DNA of 59,645 bases, taken from contig JAXLNO010001895.1 in NCBI GenBank assembly GCA_038087875.1, positions 62,001 through 121,645 of the forward strand. The letters run 5' to 3'. How positions within the stretch are numbered: the first letter of the stretch is position 1; each line of letters starts with the position of its first letter. The stretch comes from Malacoraja senta (lineage: Eukaryota). The notes below the pieces were generated by a model that was not told the origin of the DNA, did no database searches, and saw only the letters and a program-made list of their open reading frames with translations. The position numbers were made by a program, and so were the translations under genes. Below are positions 10,630 to 22,744 of this stretch, piece after piece.

Positions 10630-12340
10630 ATATTTTTTATTTTTTTATTTTTTATTTATTTTTTAGAAGTATTTTACATTACAGTAATCTGCAATAACGT
10701 AAATTTATACAGTTCTTGTACCACTTCTGTTTTTCAACTTTAATAGAAAAGAAGAATAGAAAGAACTAGCAAGGACAGTCAGTGAGTGAATGAAAAAGTG
10801 GTCCAGGAACACACATGTGAACCTAAACCACAAGAAATAGTTAAAGAAGAAAAGAAAAAAAGAGAAAAAAGAAAATAAGATAGGACAATATGAAAGGGAT
10901 GTGCCTTTTTCTTATCTGTACTCACCCCTCGCCAGGACCTAAAACCATTTATTATCAACATTTTGTTGCACCCTATGTTTGTAATAGGTCGATATATGGA
11001 GACCAAATCTTTTGGAATTGGTCTTGTTTACCTGCTAGGAGGAATCTCATATCTTCTAGATGTAACAATTCCGACATATTAGAAGTCCACATTTTTATTG
11101 TTGGCGTAGGAGCATTTTTCCAAAATTTCAGTATTAATTTTTTTTGCCGTTATTAAGCCATAACTAAGAAAACTCCTTTGAAACGAAGTCAGCTCCAAAC
11201 TTGCTTCTATTGTTCCAAAAATAATCAGTTCTGCATTCGGTTTCAGTTTTATTTAAAATAATTTAGTGAAAATTTCAAAAATTTCATTCCAAAATTTTTG
11301 AACTTTTATACAAAAAACAAAAGAATGTGCTGTAGTTGATTCTTGGACTAGGCATTTATCACAGTTTGCAGAGGTATTTGGGTAAAATTTACTTAATTTA
11401 GCTTTTGAATAATATAATCTATGTAAAATTTTAAATTGAATCAGAGTATGTCTTACGTTAATCGAACATTTATGCACATATAATAGATGTTTATCCCAAC
11501 TCTCTTTCGAGATTTTTATAGCTAGTTCCTGTTTCCATTCTCTTCTGATCCCGTCCGATGATGGAATTTCTATATTTAAAATGGAATTATATAGGTATGA
11601 TATTAAATTAGCTGATTCCGCTTTTATATTCATTATCCCATCTAATAAGTCAGGAGAGATATTTTGATATTCCCGTGTATACTTTTTCAAATAGTCACGT
11701 AGTTGGAAATATTTAAAATATTGATTATTATTCAAGTTATATTTAAGTTGTAATTGGTGAAATGTTAAAAAACTTCCGTTATCATACATATCTCCAAACG
11801 TTTTAATTCCTGCTCTTTCCCAATTTATAAAAGCTCTATCTATCATAGAAGGTTTAAACGAAGGATTATTCATTATAGGTGAAAGAAGTGATAGATTTCT
11901 TAATTTTAACAATAATTTTATTTGTTTCCAAATTCTAATTGTACTGTGAATAATTGGATTTTTACTATATATTGTATTCTTTATTTTTGTTGGTGAGAGA
12001 AGGATCGCTCCTATGTTAAAAGGGGAGCAGTCCTCTCTCTCCATTACTATCCAATCCACCTGCTGGGCCGAATTGTCCAACAGGTGAATCATATTTTTGA
12101 CATTTGTGGCCCAGTAATAATATAAAAAATTGGGGAGTGATAATCCACCAAATTCCTTAGGTTTACACAAATGTTTTCTTTGGATTCTGTGGGATTTATA
12201 GTCCCATATAAAATTTATAATATCAGCATCCAATTTTTTAAAAAACATTTTGGGTAAGTATATCGGTATTGACTGGAATAGATATAAAATTTGTGGTAAA
12301 AAGATCATTTTTATAGCATTTATTCAGCCTATAAGAGACA
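10630..12340 (-). mobile_element. L1-clade LINE, 5' truncated (ORF2 C-terminus, 3' UTR, polyA), 13-bp TSD
   Basis: ORF 11253-12308 with C-terminal C..C...HS..FC motif; TSD tcattggctatat at 10617-10629 and 12341-12353. Confidence 0.92.
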
Positions 12341-13115
12341 TCATTGGCTATATTTAAGAGGGATTTAGATGTGGCCCTTGTGGCTAAAGGGATCAGGGGG
12401 TATGGAGAGAAGGGAGGTACAGGATACTGAGTTGGATGGTCAGCCATGATCATATTGAATGGCGGTGCAGGCTCGAAGGGCCGAATGGCCTACTCCTGCA
12501 CCTATTTTCTGTGTGTCTATGTTTCTAAAAGCAGGAATGGGGTACTGATTCTAGATGCAGGCATGATCATATTGAATGGCTCGAATGGCCGAATGGCCTA
12601 CTCCTGTGCCTATTTTTCTATGTTTCTATAATTAGTATACATTCGGCTATTTGTGGTGTTTCTTGAAAACACGAAGACGAGAGAATGTAAAGGATCTGCA
12701 GAACAACTAAAAGACTGCAGAAAGCAGCTTGAAAAGGAGGCTCTTCATCGATACAACATAATTATGTTTTATTCAGCTATCATTGTTTGTAGAGTTTCTT
12801 ATTGGAATGAAAACATCATCCAAGTTTTGACCTTTCCTTATTACTCCTGGTCCCAGGGGCATGGTTGGCATTAGCTCATTACCTTCATCCTAATAAAGGG
12901 TTGTTGTTCACAGTTGTGCCTAGATTTTTATCAATTATAACCTTGAGTTCACAAACTGTTCTTTGTCTCTGGGCTAAAGTTCACAGACTCTCCTTTTCAA
13001 GGAGTGAGCAGTTTTAAGCAAACTGACTTCAGCAAATCCTTACAAATTCCATCAACCCCCCCCCCCCCACTTTGATTCATCAATCAATGCCAGAGGGAAT
13101 GAATCATCTAAGTAA

Positions 13116-13789
13116 AGGGGCCTGTCCCACTTACGTGTCCTTGGAACGCAAATTACGCGTTGAGCCGCGATGGTCTGACGAAGGTCGGGCGCGATTACAT
13201 GCGTACGCACAGCCGTCTGGAGCGTGTGACACATTATTTGAAGATGGACACAAAGCTGGAGTAAGCCAGTGGGACCGGCAGCATCTCTGGAGAGAAGCAA
13301 TGGGTGACGTTTCATGTCGAGACTCTTCTTCAGTCTGAAAAGAAGGGTCTTGACCCGAAACGTCACCCATTGCTTCTCTCCAGAGATGCTGCCGGTCCCG
13401 CTGACATTTTGTGTCTATCTTCAATTTTCTTGGCCCCGCTCTGGGAGTAGAAGTGGGGGCGGATCCGGACCTCAACGGCCGTGAGCCCCAGGCCGAGTTC
13501 GGCGATCGTTTGCCTCCTTCTGCTCCTGTTGAAAGTGAGACTTTGCGTCGCGCCAGGGTCTTGGGCCTGTCCCACTTTGGCCGTCAGTTCCGCGACAGGC
13601 CGTTGGCGCGCGAAGATTTCGTTCACTACAAAATTATCGGAGCCCCGCGCGATGTCGCGCACAACTCCATACCCCTCCGCGCTTCCAAGTGGGACCGGCC
13701 CCGCGCGGCCATACGATGCCCGTGCGCCTCAACGCGACCACAAGGTCGCATAATTTGTGTGCCAAGGACACGTAAGTGGGACAGGCCCT
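13116..13789. mobile_element. MITE, PIF/Harbinger-like, with TIRs and TAA TSD
   Basis: TIR agg(g)gcctgtcccacttacgtgtccttgg / ccaaggacacgtaagtgggacaggccct, taa on both sides; internal TIR-like copies at ~13563 and ~13688. Superfamily is inferred from the TSD and TIR start. Confidence 0.7.
13238..13424. repeat. ~187-nt palindrome of two Penelope terminal repeats inserted in the MITE
   Basis: ttgaagat.gacacaaa...tttgtgtctatcttcaa; centre at ~13333; a hammerhead-like core on each strand. Confidence 0.85.
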
Positions 13790-14782
13790 TAAAAATATCA
13801 AGGAAAGGTAGCGCAGCTACACATCACTGGATATCTTTAACCTGTTCAATGCCACCGCCGAGTACACTAGGGGTCATGGCCAATAGTGAAAAATAAACTT
13901 GGCAGTGAACAGCTTAATGGTCTCCATATTTTAGAGAAAGCCTTCAATGCCCATGAGGGGTGAGCCTTATTATATCTATGTTTCTCTAAATATAGGAAGC
14001 ACTTTTGTGGTAAAAGATGGGTCAGCTCGGGCCTCGAAAAGATCCAACCTTATGTGCAGCTTTATATTTGTTTATATGCAATAAGCAAAAAGAACACAAT
14101 AGAAGATAAAACATGATAATAACTATAAGCAAAGCCAAGAGATCGTGGCCTTACACGAGTTGCTGCCTTGCAGCACCAGAGACCCTGGTTTGAACCTGAC
14201 TACGAGTGGTGACTGTACGGAGTTTGCATGTTCTCCCCGTAACCTGTGTGGCTTTTCTCTGAGATGTAGGTAAATTGGCTTGGTGTAAATGTAAATTGTC
14301 CCTAGTATGGGCTGAAGGGCCTGTTTCAGCACTGTATCTCCAAAGCAGTGGGGGGGTCGTGACCCCCAAGGGGGTCGTTTGGGGTTTTCCGGGGGTCATG
14401 AAGGGGTTGTAAAGAACATCAATTTGTTGAGCCCATTTTTAGGAACCTAACAAAGGTACATACCACACACAGTTTTTTATTCACGTATGCGCGTACGTAT
14501 ACACGGGGCCTATGAGAGGGGGGTGCAGGGGGTACATCGTACCCGGGCTCGGAGTCCAAAAGGGGCCCGGGAGCTGAAGGAAGGGGGGGGGGGGGCGGGA
14601 ATTTCCTGAAATCTCAGAAATTTTTTGCATATATTTTGTGAAGACTAGCATTCACATTTTGTGCCTTCAGAGTTTTATATATCGTAATTCGTAGAAATTG
14701 TGATCCATAATAAAGCAGGGAATTTTCACAAGCGGATGTGTGGTCGGGGTAACCTGATTAAAAGAGGGGGAAGGGGAAGACC

Positions 14783-15385
14783 CATCACTACTGATGGATC
14801 CTCCCTGTAGGAGGAGGGAGAGCACTAGGACCCAGCAGAGTCATCACTACTGATGGGTCTTCTGTGTAGGTGGGGGGGAGCACTAGGACCCAACAGAGTC
14901 ATCACTACTGATGGATCCTCCCTGTAGGAGGAGGGAGAGCACTAGGACCCAGCAGAGTCATCACTACTGATGGATCCTCCCTGTAGGAGGAGGGAGAGCA
15001 CTAGGACCCAACAGAGTCATCACTACTGATGGATCCTCCCTGTAGGAGGAGGGAGAGCACTAGGACCCAGCAGAGTCATCACTACTGATGGGTCTTCCGT
15101 GTGGGGGGGCAGGGGGGGGGAGCACTAGGACCCAGCAGTCATCACTACTGATGGGTCTTCCCTGCAGGAGGGGGGAGAGCACTAGGACCCAGCAGAGTCA
15201 TCACTACTGATGGGTCTTCCCTGCAGGAGTAGGGGGAGAGCACTAGGACACAGCAGAGTCATCAATACTGATGGGTCTTCCCTGCAGGAGGGGGGGGGGA
15301 GAGCACTAGGACACAGCAGAGTCATCAATACTGATGGGTCTTCCCTGCAGGAGGGGGGGGGGGGGGGAGCACTAGGAACCAGCAA
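14783..15385. repeat. Minisatellite, 10 units of ~59 bp (58-63), G-rich
   Basis: Unit catcactactgatgg(a/g)tc(c/t)tccctg(t/c)aggagg..gagagcactaggacccagcagagt starting at 14783, 14842, 14900, 14959, 15018, 15077, 15140, 15199, 15260, 15323. Confidence 0.95.
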
Positions 15386-16000
15386 TCAGACCATGTGCTG
15401 TCTGCATGGTTTAGGTTGTGGGCCTGGTGCTATGCCGGGAACTCTGGTGAGGTGATGGCTCTGGCCCGCTGGTGGCCGGTGGAGAGGCGAGGGTCGGCAG
15501 AGTCGCTGGTGGAGGCCCGTGGGGAGCTGGAGTAGAGATATGGGCAGCAGCATCATTGGCTTTCTGAAGACAGTGAAGGTCGGCGACAGTGGCTGCAGTG
15601 GCCTCGCCCAGGGAGGTGGTGAGAGTCAGGAGCCGCGGCTGTTTCAGTGGTCCGGGCCTGGGTTTGGGTCAGTGTGTGGATGGGTGGGTGTGAGTGAGTG
15701 GGTGAGGGTGTGTGTGTGTGTGTGTGGATGTGTGTGGGTGTAGGTGAGTGAGTGTGTGTCTGAGTGTATGTGTGTGTTAGTGGGAGGGTGAATTTTATAA
15801 ATGAAGTTAAAACCATTAGATCTGTTGAACTTGTTAACAGACTATTGACTTGGTAACCTGTTTCCAAATGTTTGTGTTAGCTTCAGAATACTATTAACAA
15901 TTCCAGCAACAGTAGCTTCTGCAGAGGTCATTTAGCAAACTCAAGCTGATTAAGGTCGACAATGTCTCATGAACGTCTTGTGGATTTGGCCAGGCTAAGT

Positions 16001-16478
16001 ATTCAAAGTCAGTTTTATTCATCACATACACCCGAAGGTGCAGTGAAGTGAATTTGCCAGCAGTGATACACGTAAAAAGAACACACAATACACAATAAAA
16101 TTGAACACAAACATCCACTACAGCATTCTTCACTGTGGTGGAAGGCAACAAGTTTCAGCCAGTCCTCCTCCTTTGTTCACCTGTGTTCGGGGCCATAACC
16201 CCTCCGTAGTCGCATCTAGGGACGGACCAATGTACAAGGCCCTCTCGTCGGGATGATCCAAACTCTGACGTTGGGACGGACAAACACACTCTGCGGCTTG
16301 GAGGTCCCGACTCGGCACTTTCCTAGTGGAGACCGCAGCTTCAGGATGTTATAGGCCGCAGGCCAGCGGTTCGAGCTCGTCTCTGGTGATCCCCGGCAAG
16401 GGATCCCAGGATCCGGATGGTAAGTCCACGCCACGCCCGCGGCTAGAAGCTCCGCAGACCACAGCTCCACGGTGTCAA
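16001..16478 (-). mobile_element. GC-rich non-coding retroposon with (g)tgacaataaa-type tail
   Basis: Shares gccttcca(t/c)cacag...gtggatgtttg block and tail with 19058-21712, 27245-27725 and 38637-39492. Confidence 0.6.
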
Positions 16479-17171
16479 CGTATTGAATCAATAGTATTGA
16501 ATCATACATTGCCAGAACAATACATTTTCATGCTGTGATTTGACATTTTTCACACAAAAAAGGCCAGGAAAGCTCTTTATATAAAGTAAATTTATATAAT
16601 AAAAGTAAAACTTTTACTTTTTACTAATAATTATGTATTTTGATGATATGATCTGCATTGAAACATAAAAGGATGTTTCAATGTGAATTCTTTCTCCTTA
16701 TCTGTATTGTAGCATAAACAAAGATGTTCACAACAAAGGTAGATAAAATGCTGGAGAAACTCAACGGGTGAGGCAGCATCTATAGAGTGAAGGAAAACAA
16801 ATGTGCTTTCTGATCCTTTTATGTTATTTATACTTATTTATATTTATCATGGAGGGTGTATAGGGACATAAGGCCTCAAATGCAGAAAATCAACAGAGCG
16901 CCCCATTCCACCCCTCTCTCATCTTCCGTACCCCTTTTTGCCGTGCAGGCTACAGCTCATGGCATAAAACTGTAGCATAGTGGATAAAAACAGGATGACT
17001 AATGGAGAAGGGAAGGGGGCCCAAAATAAACTTTGTACCCACTGATAAAATTCCTCTGAGGCCCTGCGTATACACGCACAAACAGTGTGTGTTGTGAACC
17101 ATGTCTTCCAAGACGCGCATGTATAGTGAAACATTTCACAAGTTGGGCTTCACAAGCATTGTTCCAAATCC

Positions 17172-18849
17172 GTGGTCAAGCTGCGATGTGTTCTCTGTGC
17201 CAAGGTGTTGAGTCACGAGAGCATGAAGCCCAGCAAACTGAAGATCCATTTGGAGTCTTGTCACAGCAACCTGGCGGGGAAGAGCGTGGACTATTTCAAA
17301 CGAAAAGAAGCCATAACTCAAGGGATCCCGCATCTATTCAACGGGTCACTGTGCTCATCAAAATGAAGCAGCGTTGGAGGCTTCATACCGGATTGCTTAT
17401 CGAATCGCACAGACTAAGAAACCTCACAGCATCGGTGAAGAGCTTATCAAGCCATGCCTTCTCGAAACAGCGAAGTTGGCGCTGGGGGAAGAGCAGTCAA
17501 ACAAGTTCAGGCAGATTTCCCTTTTGAATGACACAGTCAAAAGTAGAATCTCGGATATGAGTAATGATATTCTGCTGCAAGTAGTGAGGGCTGTGACGAG
17601 CAGTCCAGTGTATTCACTGCAACTGGGCGAGTCAACAGATGTTGCCTCATGTTCCCAACTGCTAGTCTACATTCGTTACCTCGATGGAGTAGCCATGACG
17701 GAGGAGTACATGTTCTCGGAGCCATTGGCTACTACCACTCGGGGAGAAGATGTGTTCAGAATGCTGGAAGCCTTCCTCATCAAACATGAGCTTGGCTGGA
17801 AATGCCTTGTTGGGATGTGTACAGATGGGGCACCTTCCATGGTCGGTTGCAGATCCGGTTTCCAAGACTTCGTGAATGATGTCGCTCCACATGTCTCCTT
17901 CCCCCACTGCATGATACATCGCTATGCTTTAGCGATGAAGACTCTCCCTCTTGGTCTTCGAGAAGTGCTTTCAGATGTGGTGAAGATTGTGAACCACATC
18001 CGAGAGAGTGCAACAAACTCAAGAATCTTCAAGCGATGTGTGAAGAAATGGGCATCGATTTCACTATTCTGTTATTCCACACAGAGGTGCGCTGGCTTTT
18101 GCGTGGTAAAGTTCTCAATCATGTGATTCAACGTTGAGAGGAAATAGTGTTGTTCTTGGAGAGAAGGGGTACTGAGAAGGAGAATCAGCTTCATGAAAAG
18201 ATGCAAGTTGAACTGTTCGTGATGAAGGTTGCTTACTTGGTTGACTTCTTCGCTGAGGTGAATTCCTTGAACCTGTCGCTTCAAGGAATCCTCCCAATGG
18301 CATTCAGGAGGAACCTTTACCAGAGAACAGACGGTGACATGGCTATCTTCCCTGAGATGACGACTCTCCTGGATGCTACGCCTGATGCTGAATGCCACTT
18401 CCACGAGGAGATCTCAACCCACCTTCTGGCAATTAGTGAACCCATCGAACGTTACTTCCCCAGACTGGACGACCGCTCTCGTGATGAGTGGATGCTCTGA
18501 CCCTTTTCCGTTGAAGACGGTGGCATCAGCGATACTGACGTGACCGAAGGTTGAATTTTACTGAATTCGTGAAGATGCGCAACTCAAGAGTGACTTCATG
18601 GAACAAGAGCTCGCCACGTTTTGGCTGAAAGTGAAGGAATGTCCTGCTCTTTCGAAGAGGGCCCTGACCCTATTGGTCCATTCCCCCTCAACCTCTCACT
18701 GTGAGGGTGGATTCTCAACTATGGTAACTCTGAAAACGAAGGTACGCAATAGGCTTGTGATCGACACTGACATGAGGTGCTGCCTGTCGAGCATTCGTCC
18801 ACGTTTTGATTGCCTGATGACTGCGAAGCAATTTCAGCCATCCCATTGA
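17172..18849 (+). pseudogene. hAT transposase remnant (BED finger, catalytic domain, C-terminal dimerisation domain), frameshifted
   Basis: C..C.KVLS.ESMKPSKLK.HLE..H; KKPH.IGEELIKP; LQLGESTD (first catalytic D is G); CTDGAPSM; HC.IHR..L; CEGGFS. Split over four ORFs. Confidence 0.9.
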
Positions 18850-19057
18850 CTGAGCAATGGCAGACATGTTTTAATAAATCGGGCTGTTTTTTTTCAAATT
18901 TTGTTTCAGAGGTCACGGTACTGATCAAGAATGCCTGATGGGGTCGTGGGGCCAAAAAGGTTAAGAACCACTGCTCTAAAGCTTAAAACTAAAGGGGCTA
19001 ATAAAGGCCACAAAGTGGCTTTAGTGAGTCGGATTACAGAAAATCCCACATCTTTTT

Positions 19058-21595
19058 CATGGTTTCATGGTTAGTTTATTGTCACATATACCAATTAAGG
19101 TACATTGAAATGCAGACTACCATACACCATACTAAAAAAAAGCAACAAGACACACAATAACATAAAAGTTAACATAAACATCCACAACAGAGGAGCCCGC
19201 ACGTTCCTTACTGTGATGGAAGGCAATAAAGTCTAATCTCCTTCCTCTTTATCTCCCGCAGTCGGGGCAATCAAACAATCTGCAGTCGGTGGTCGAAACC
19301 CCCCGTTGAGGAATCGAAACTCCCACGTCGGAGCGGTCGAAACTCTTGCGGCTTGGAGATCCCGGATGTCGGTCTCGACCGTAGACCACGGGCTCCGCGA
19401 TGTTAAAGTCTTGCAGGCTCTCACAGTTGGAGCCCTAAAGTCGATCCCCGACAGGGATCGCGAGCTCCATGATGGTAAGTCCACAGGCTCCTGCGATGGA
19501 TCTCCCGGTCGATCTCTAGCAAAGGCCGCCATTCATCAATGTTAGGCCGCATTGTGGACGGAGATACGATACAGAAAATATCGCATCTACGTCGAGGTAA
19601 GAGATTAGGAAAAGTTTCCCACAACTCCCCCAACCCCCACCCCCAAAACAAGCTAAAGAACACTAAAGACTAAACCAAAAGACTCAACACATCTCAGGAA
19701 ATTCCCTTTTAAAATAGCTATGGAAAAATTCAAATATTTAGGAATTGAGATTACTAGAAATTACCATGATATGTTTAAAGCTAATTATAATCCCCTACTT
19801 AAGAAATTAAATAATCTGATTAAATTTTGGAAAACACTTCCGATGTCCTTAATAGGTAGGATAAATGCTATAAAAATGATTTTCTTACCACAAATCCTTT
19901 ACCTATTTCAATCAATACCTATATATCTCCCAAAAAAGTTTTTCAAAAAACTGGACTCAGACATTACAAATTTTATATGGGATTACAAATCCCACAGAAT
20001 ACAAAGAACACACCTTAACAAACGAAAAGAGTTGGGGGGTCTAGCGCTCCCTAACTTTATGTATTATAACTGGGCTGTAAATATTAAAAATATGATTCAC
20101 CTGCTGGACAATTCTGCCCAGCAGGTGGACTGGATTATAATGGAAAAAGGGGATTGCTCCCCGAATAATATAGGAGCGATTATTCTCTCTCCAATAAATT
20201 TGAATAATAAAAATTATAATAAAAATCCAATTATATATAGCACTATTAGAACATGGAAGCAAATAAAACAGAATCTAAAATTAAGAAACCTATCTCTCTT
20301 AATACCAATAGTCAATAACCCATCGTTTAAACCTTCAATCATAGATAAAGCATTTATACAATGGGAAAGAATGGGAATTAAAACGCTCGAAGATCTGTAT
20401 GAATTAGAAAAATTACTATCATTCCAACAACTACAACTGAAATATAATTTGAAAAATAATCAATATTTTAAATATCTACAAATCTGTGACTATTTGAAAA
20501 CACACACAAAAGATTATTATAATATGCCTTCCGACTTACTAGATGAAGCAATGAAGACAAAGGCGGAATCAGTTAATTTAATATCATACTTATATAATAT
20601 CATCTTAAATATAGAAATACCCACAACAGATGGAATTAGAAGAGATTGGGAACAAGATCTAGGTATAAAAATTTCAAAAGAGAGTTGGGATAATCATTTA
20701 TTACAGGTGCATAAATGCTCGATCAACGTACGACATACGCTTATCCAATTTAAAACATTACATAGATTATATTATTCAAAAACCAAACTAAATAAAATCT
20801 TTCCTAACGTCTCACCAATCTGTGATAAATGTATATGTCAAGAAGCTACCATAGCACATTCTTTTGTTTTTTGTACAAAAATCCAAAAATTCTGGTTTGA
20901 AATATTTGATATTTTTTCAAAATTAATCAAAATAAAACTGGTACCAAAACCAGAATGGATTATTTTTGGAATATCGGAAGGTATTCCTGAATTAAACGTG
21001 TATCAGAAGAATTTACTCAATTATGGGCTAATAATGGGAAAAAAGCTTATACTTAAATTCTGGAAAAATGCGCCCACACCAACAATAAAAATGTGGACAT
21101 CAAATATGTTGGAAACATTACATCTGGAAGAGATGAGATTCCTCCTAGTAGGCAAAGTAGATCAATTTCAAAAGACGTGGTCTACGTTTTTGGACCTATT
21201 ACAAGTATGAGGTGCAATAGTAATTTAGAAAAACAAATAAATAAATAAAAGGTATCTGGACCTGGTAATGGGAGGTAAAATAAAAACAGACTTGGTTGGT
21301 AGTTCCTTCTCTATGAAGTATGGTATAAGAGTTATAATAGAGCGATTGTTCCTTCTTTCTTTCTCTTTTTTTTTCTAGGGTCTATTTTCTAACTTTACTT
21401 CCTTCTCTAACTTCTTTTCTAAGGGGCTTTCTTTTCCCAACACTCTTTTGCACTTCACAACCTTTGCGCACTTTCTTCACTTTTCTTACTTCTTTCTTTT
21501 TCTTTCTTAAAGTTTAAAAAAGTGAAGCGGTACAAAAAATGTATTAATATATACGTGTTGTACATTACTGTAATCTACCGTACTTCTAAAAAATA

Positions 21596-21630
<35 letters not shown>

Positions 21631-21712
21631 AAAGAATATACATTTAACACGTACAAAACAGACACAAAGAAGGAAGGGACAGACGACTTTTGGCGAGGCA
21701 ACCATTGCAGCA
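19058..21712 (-). mobile_element. GC-rich non-coding retroposon, interrupted by L1 at 19670-21620
   Basis: Tail tgtgacaataaac on minus; sequence resumes after the L1 TSD. Confidence 0.65.
19670..21620 (+). mobile_element. Young L1-clade LINE, 5' truncated, intact 496-aa ORF2 C-terminal frame (19720-21210), 15-bp TSD
   Basis: FKYLG, SLIGRINAIKM..LP, C-terminal CDKC..HSFVFC; polyA; TSD aaagaacactaaaga at 19655-19669 and 21621-21635. Confidence 0.93.
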
Positions 21713-21824
21713 AAAGGTGGATTGCTTAAGGATATAGAAGGGAATATGTGCTTGGAGTTTGGCGAGGTTTGGTTTCACCAAGGAAGACATGTAGAATAGT
21801 AAGGACCATTAATAGTAAGTACAT

Positions 21825-22625
21825 CATAAAATCCTCCAACATTTTTGCCACCTCCAACGGGATCCCACTACTGATCACATCTTCCCATCTCCACCCGTTT
21901 CTGCTTTCCGCAGAGACCGTTCCCTCCGAAACTCCCTGGTCAACTCGTCCCTTCACACCCAAACCACCCGCTCCCCGGATACTTTCTCCTGCAACTGCAG
22001 GAGATGCAACACCTGTCCCTTTATGTCCCCCCCTCGACTCCGTCCAAGGACCTAAAGTCTTTCCAGGTGAGGCAGAAGTTCACTTGCACCTCTTCCAACC
22101 TCATCTACTGTATCCGCTGTTTCAGTTGTCAACTTCTCTACATCAGTGAGACCAAGCGCAGGCTCGGCGATCGTTTTGTTGAACACTTCCCCTCAGTCCG
22201 TCTTACCCTACCCGATCTCCCGGTGGCTCAGCACTTCAACTCCCCCTCCCATTCCCAATCTGACCTTTCTGTCCTGGGCCTCCTCCATTGTCAGAGTGAG
22301 GCCCAGCCCAAATTGGAGGAACAGCACCTCATATTTTGCTTGGGTAGTGTATACTCCAGCGGTATGAACATTGACTTCTATTACTTTCGATAGCCCTTGA
22401 TTTCTCTCTCCATCCCCTCCCCCTTCCCAATTCTGCCACCAGTCTTACTGTCTCCGCCGACATTCTATCTTTGTCCCTCCCCTGACATCAGTCTGAAGAA
22501 GGGTCTCGACCCAAAACAATGCCCATTCCTTCTCTCCAGGGAAGCTGCCTGACCCGCTGAGTTACGCCAGCATTTTGTGTCTCTACGATTTTAACATCTG
22601 CAGCATCTGCAGTTCTTTCTTACAC
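21825..22625 (+). mobile_element. Penelope-like element 3' part (GIY-YIG endonuclease plus terminal repeat)
   Basis: ORF 22004-22393 LIYCIRC..CQLLYISETKRRLGDRF.EH...VAQHFN..H; terminal repeat begins catcagtctgaagaagggtctcgaccc at ~22487. Confidence 0.9.
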
Positions 22626-22744
22626 ATGGAGAATCAATGTGGAGAATGCTAACATGCAGGGACACTTTGAAGTTAAGCAAGAAGGAGATGTTGGATCACT
22701 TGAAGAGAAATGTGGATAAATCCCCAGGATAGAGGGGTGTAGTG

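Larger units (their letters stand above)
8825..12630 (+). mobile_element. CR1-type LINE (5' truncated, RT and 3' UTR) interrupted by a Penelope mini-element and an L1
   Basis: KSPGPD.LHPRVLKE, ANVTPLFKKG, QHGFMKGKSCL, YLDFQK.FDKV, GPQLFTIYIND, KFADDTKLGG, RPHLEYC; 3' UTR resumes at 12354 after the L1 TSD. Confidence 0.92.
14346..18973 (+). mobile_element. hAT (Buster/Charlie-type) DNA transposon with nested insertions
   Basis: Right TIR ..aaaaaggttaagaaccactg, damaged left end cagtgg.., 8-bp TSD ctccaaag (14338-14345) / ctctaaag (18974-18981) with central TA; inserted in a SINE tail. Confidence 0.7.

Noticed and set aside
14783-15385. Regular ~59-bp array as a CRISPR-like locus
   Set aside because: Units are contiguous near-identical repeats with no unique spacers; eukaryotic context; no cas genes.
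15690-15780. (TG)n/(TGAG)n tracts (also ~45790-45815, ~54900-54930)
   Set aside because: Ordinary low-complexity microsatellites.
17172-18849. Domesticated ZBED/Buster host gene
   Set aside because: Multiple frameshifts and stops, catalytic D>G, and TIR/TSD still present: a decayed transposon.
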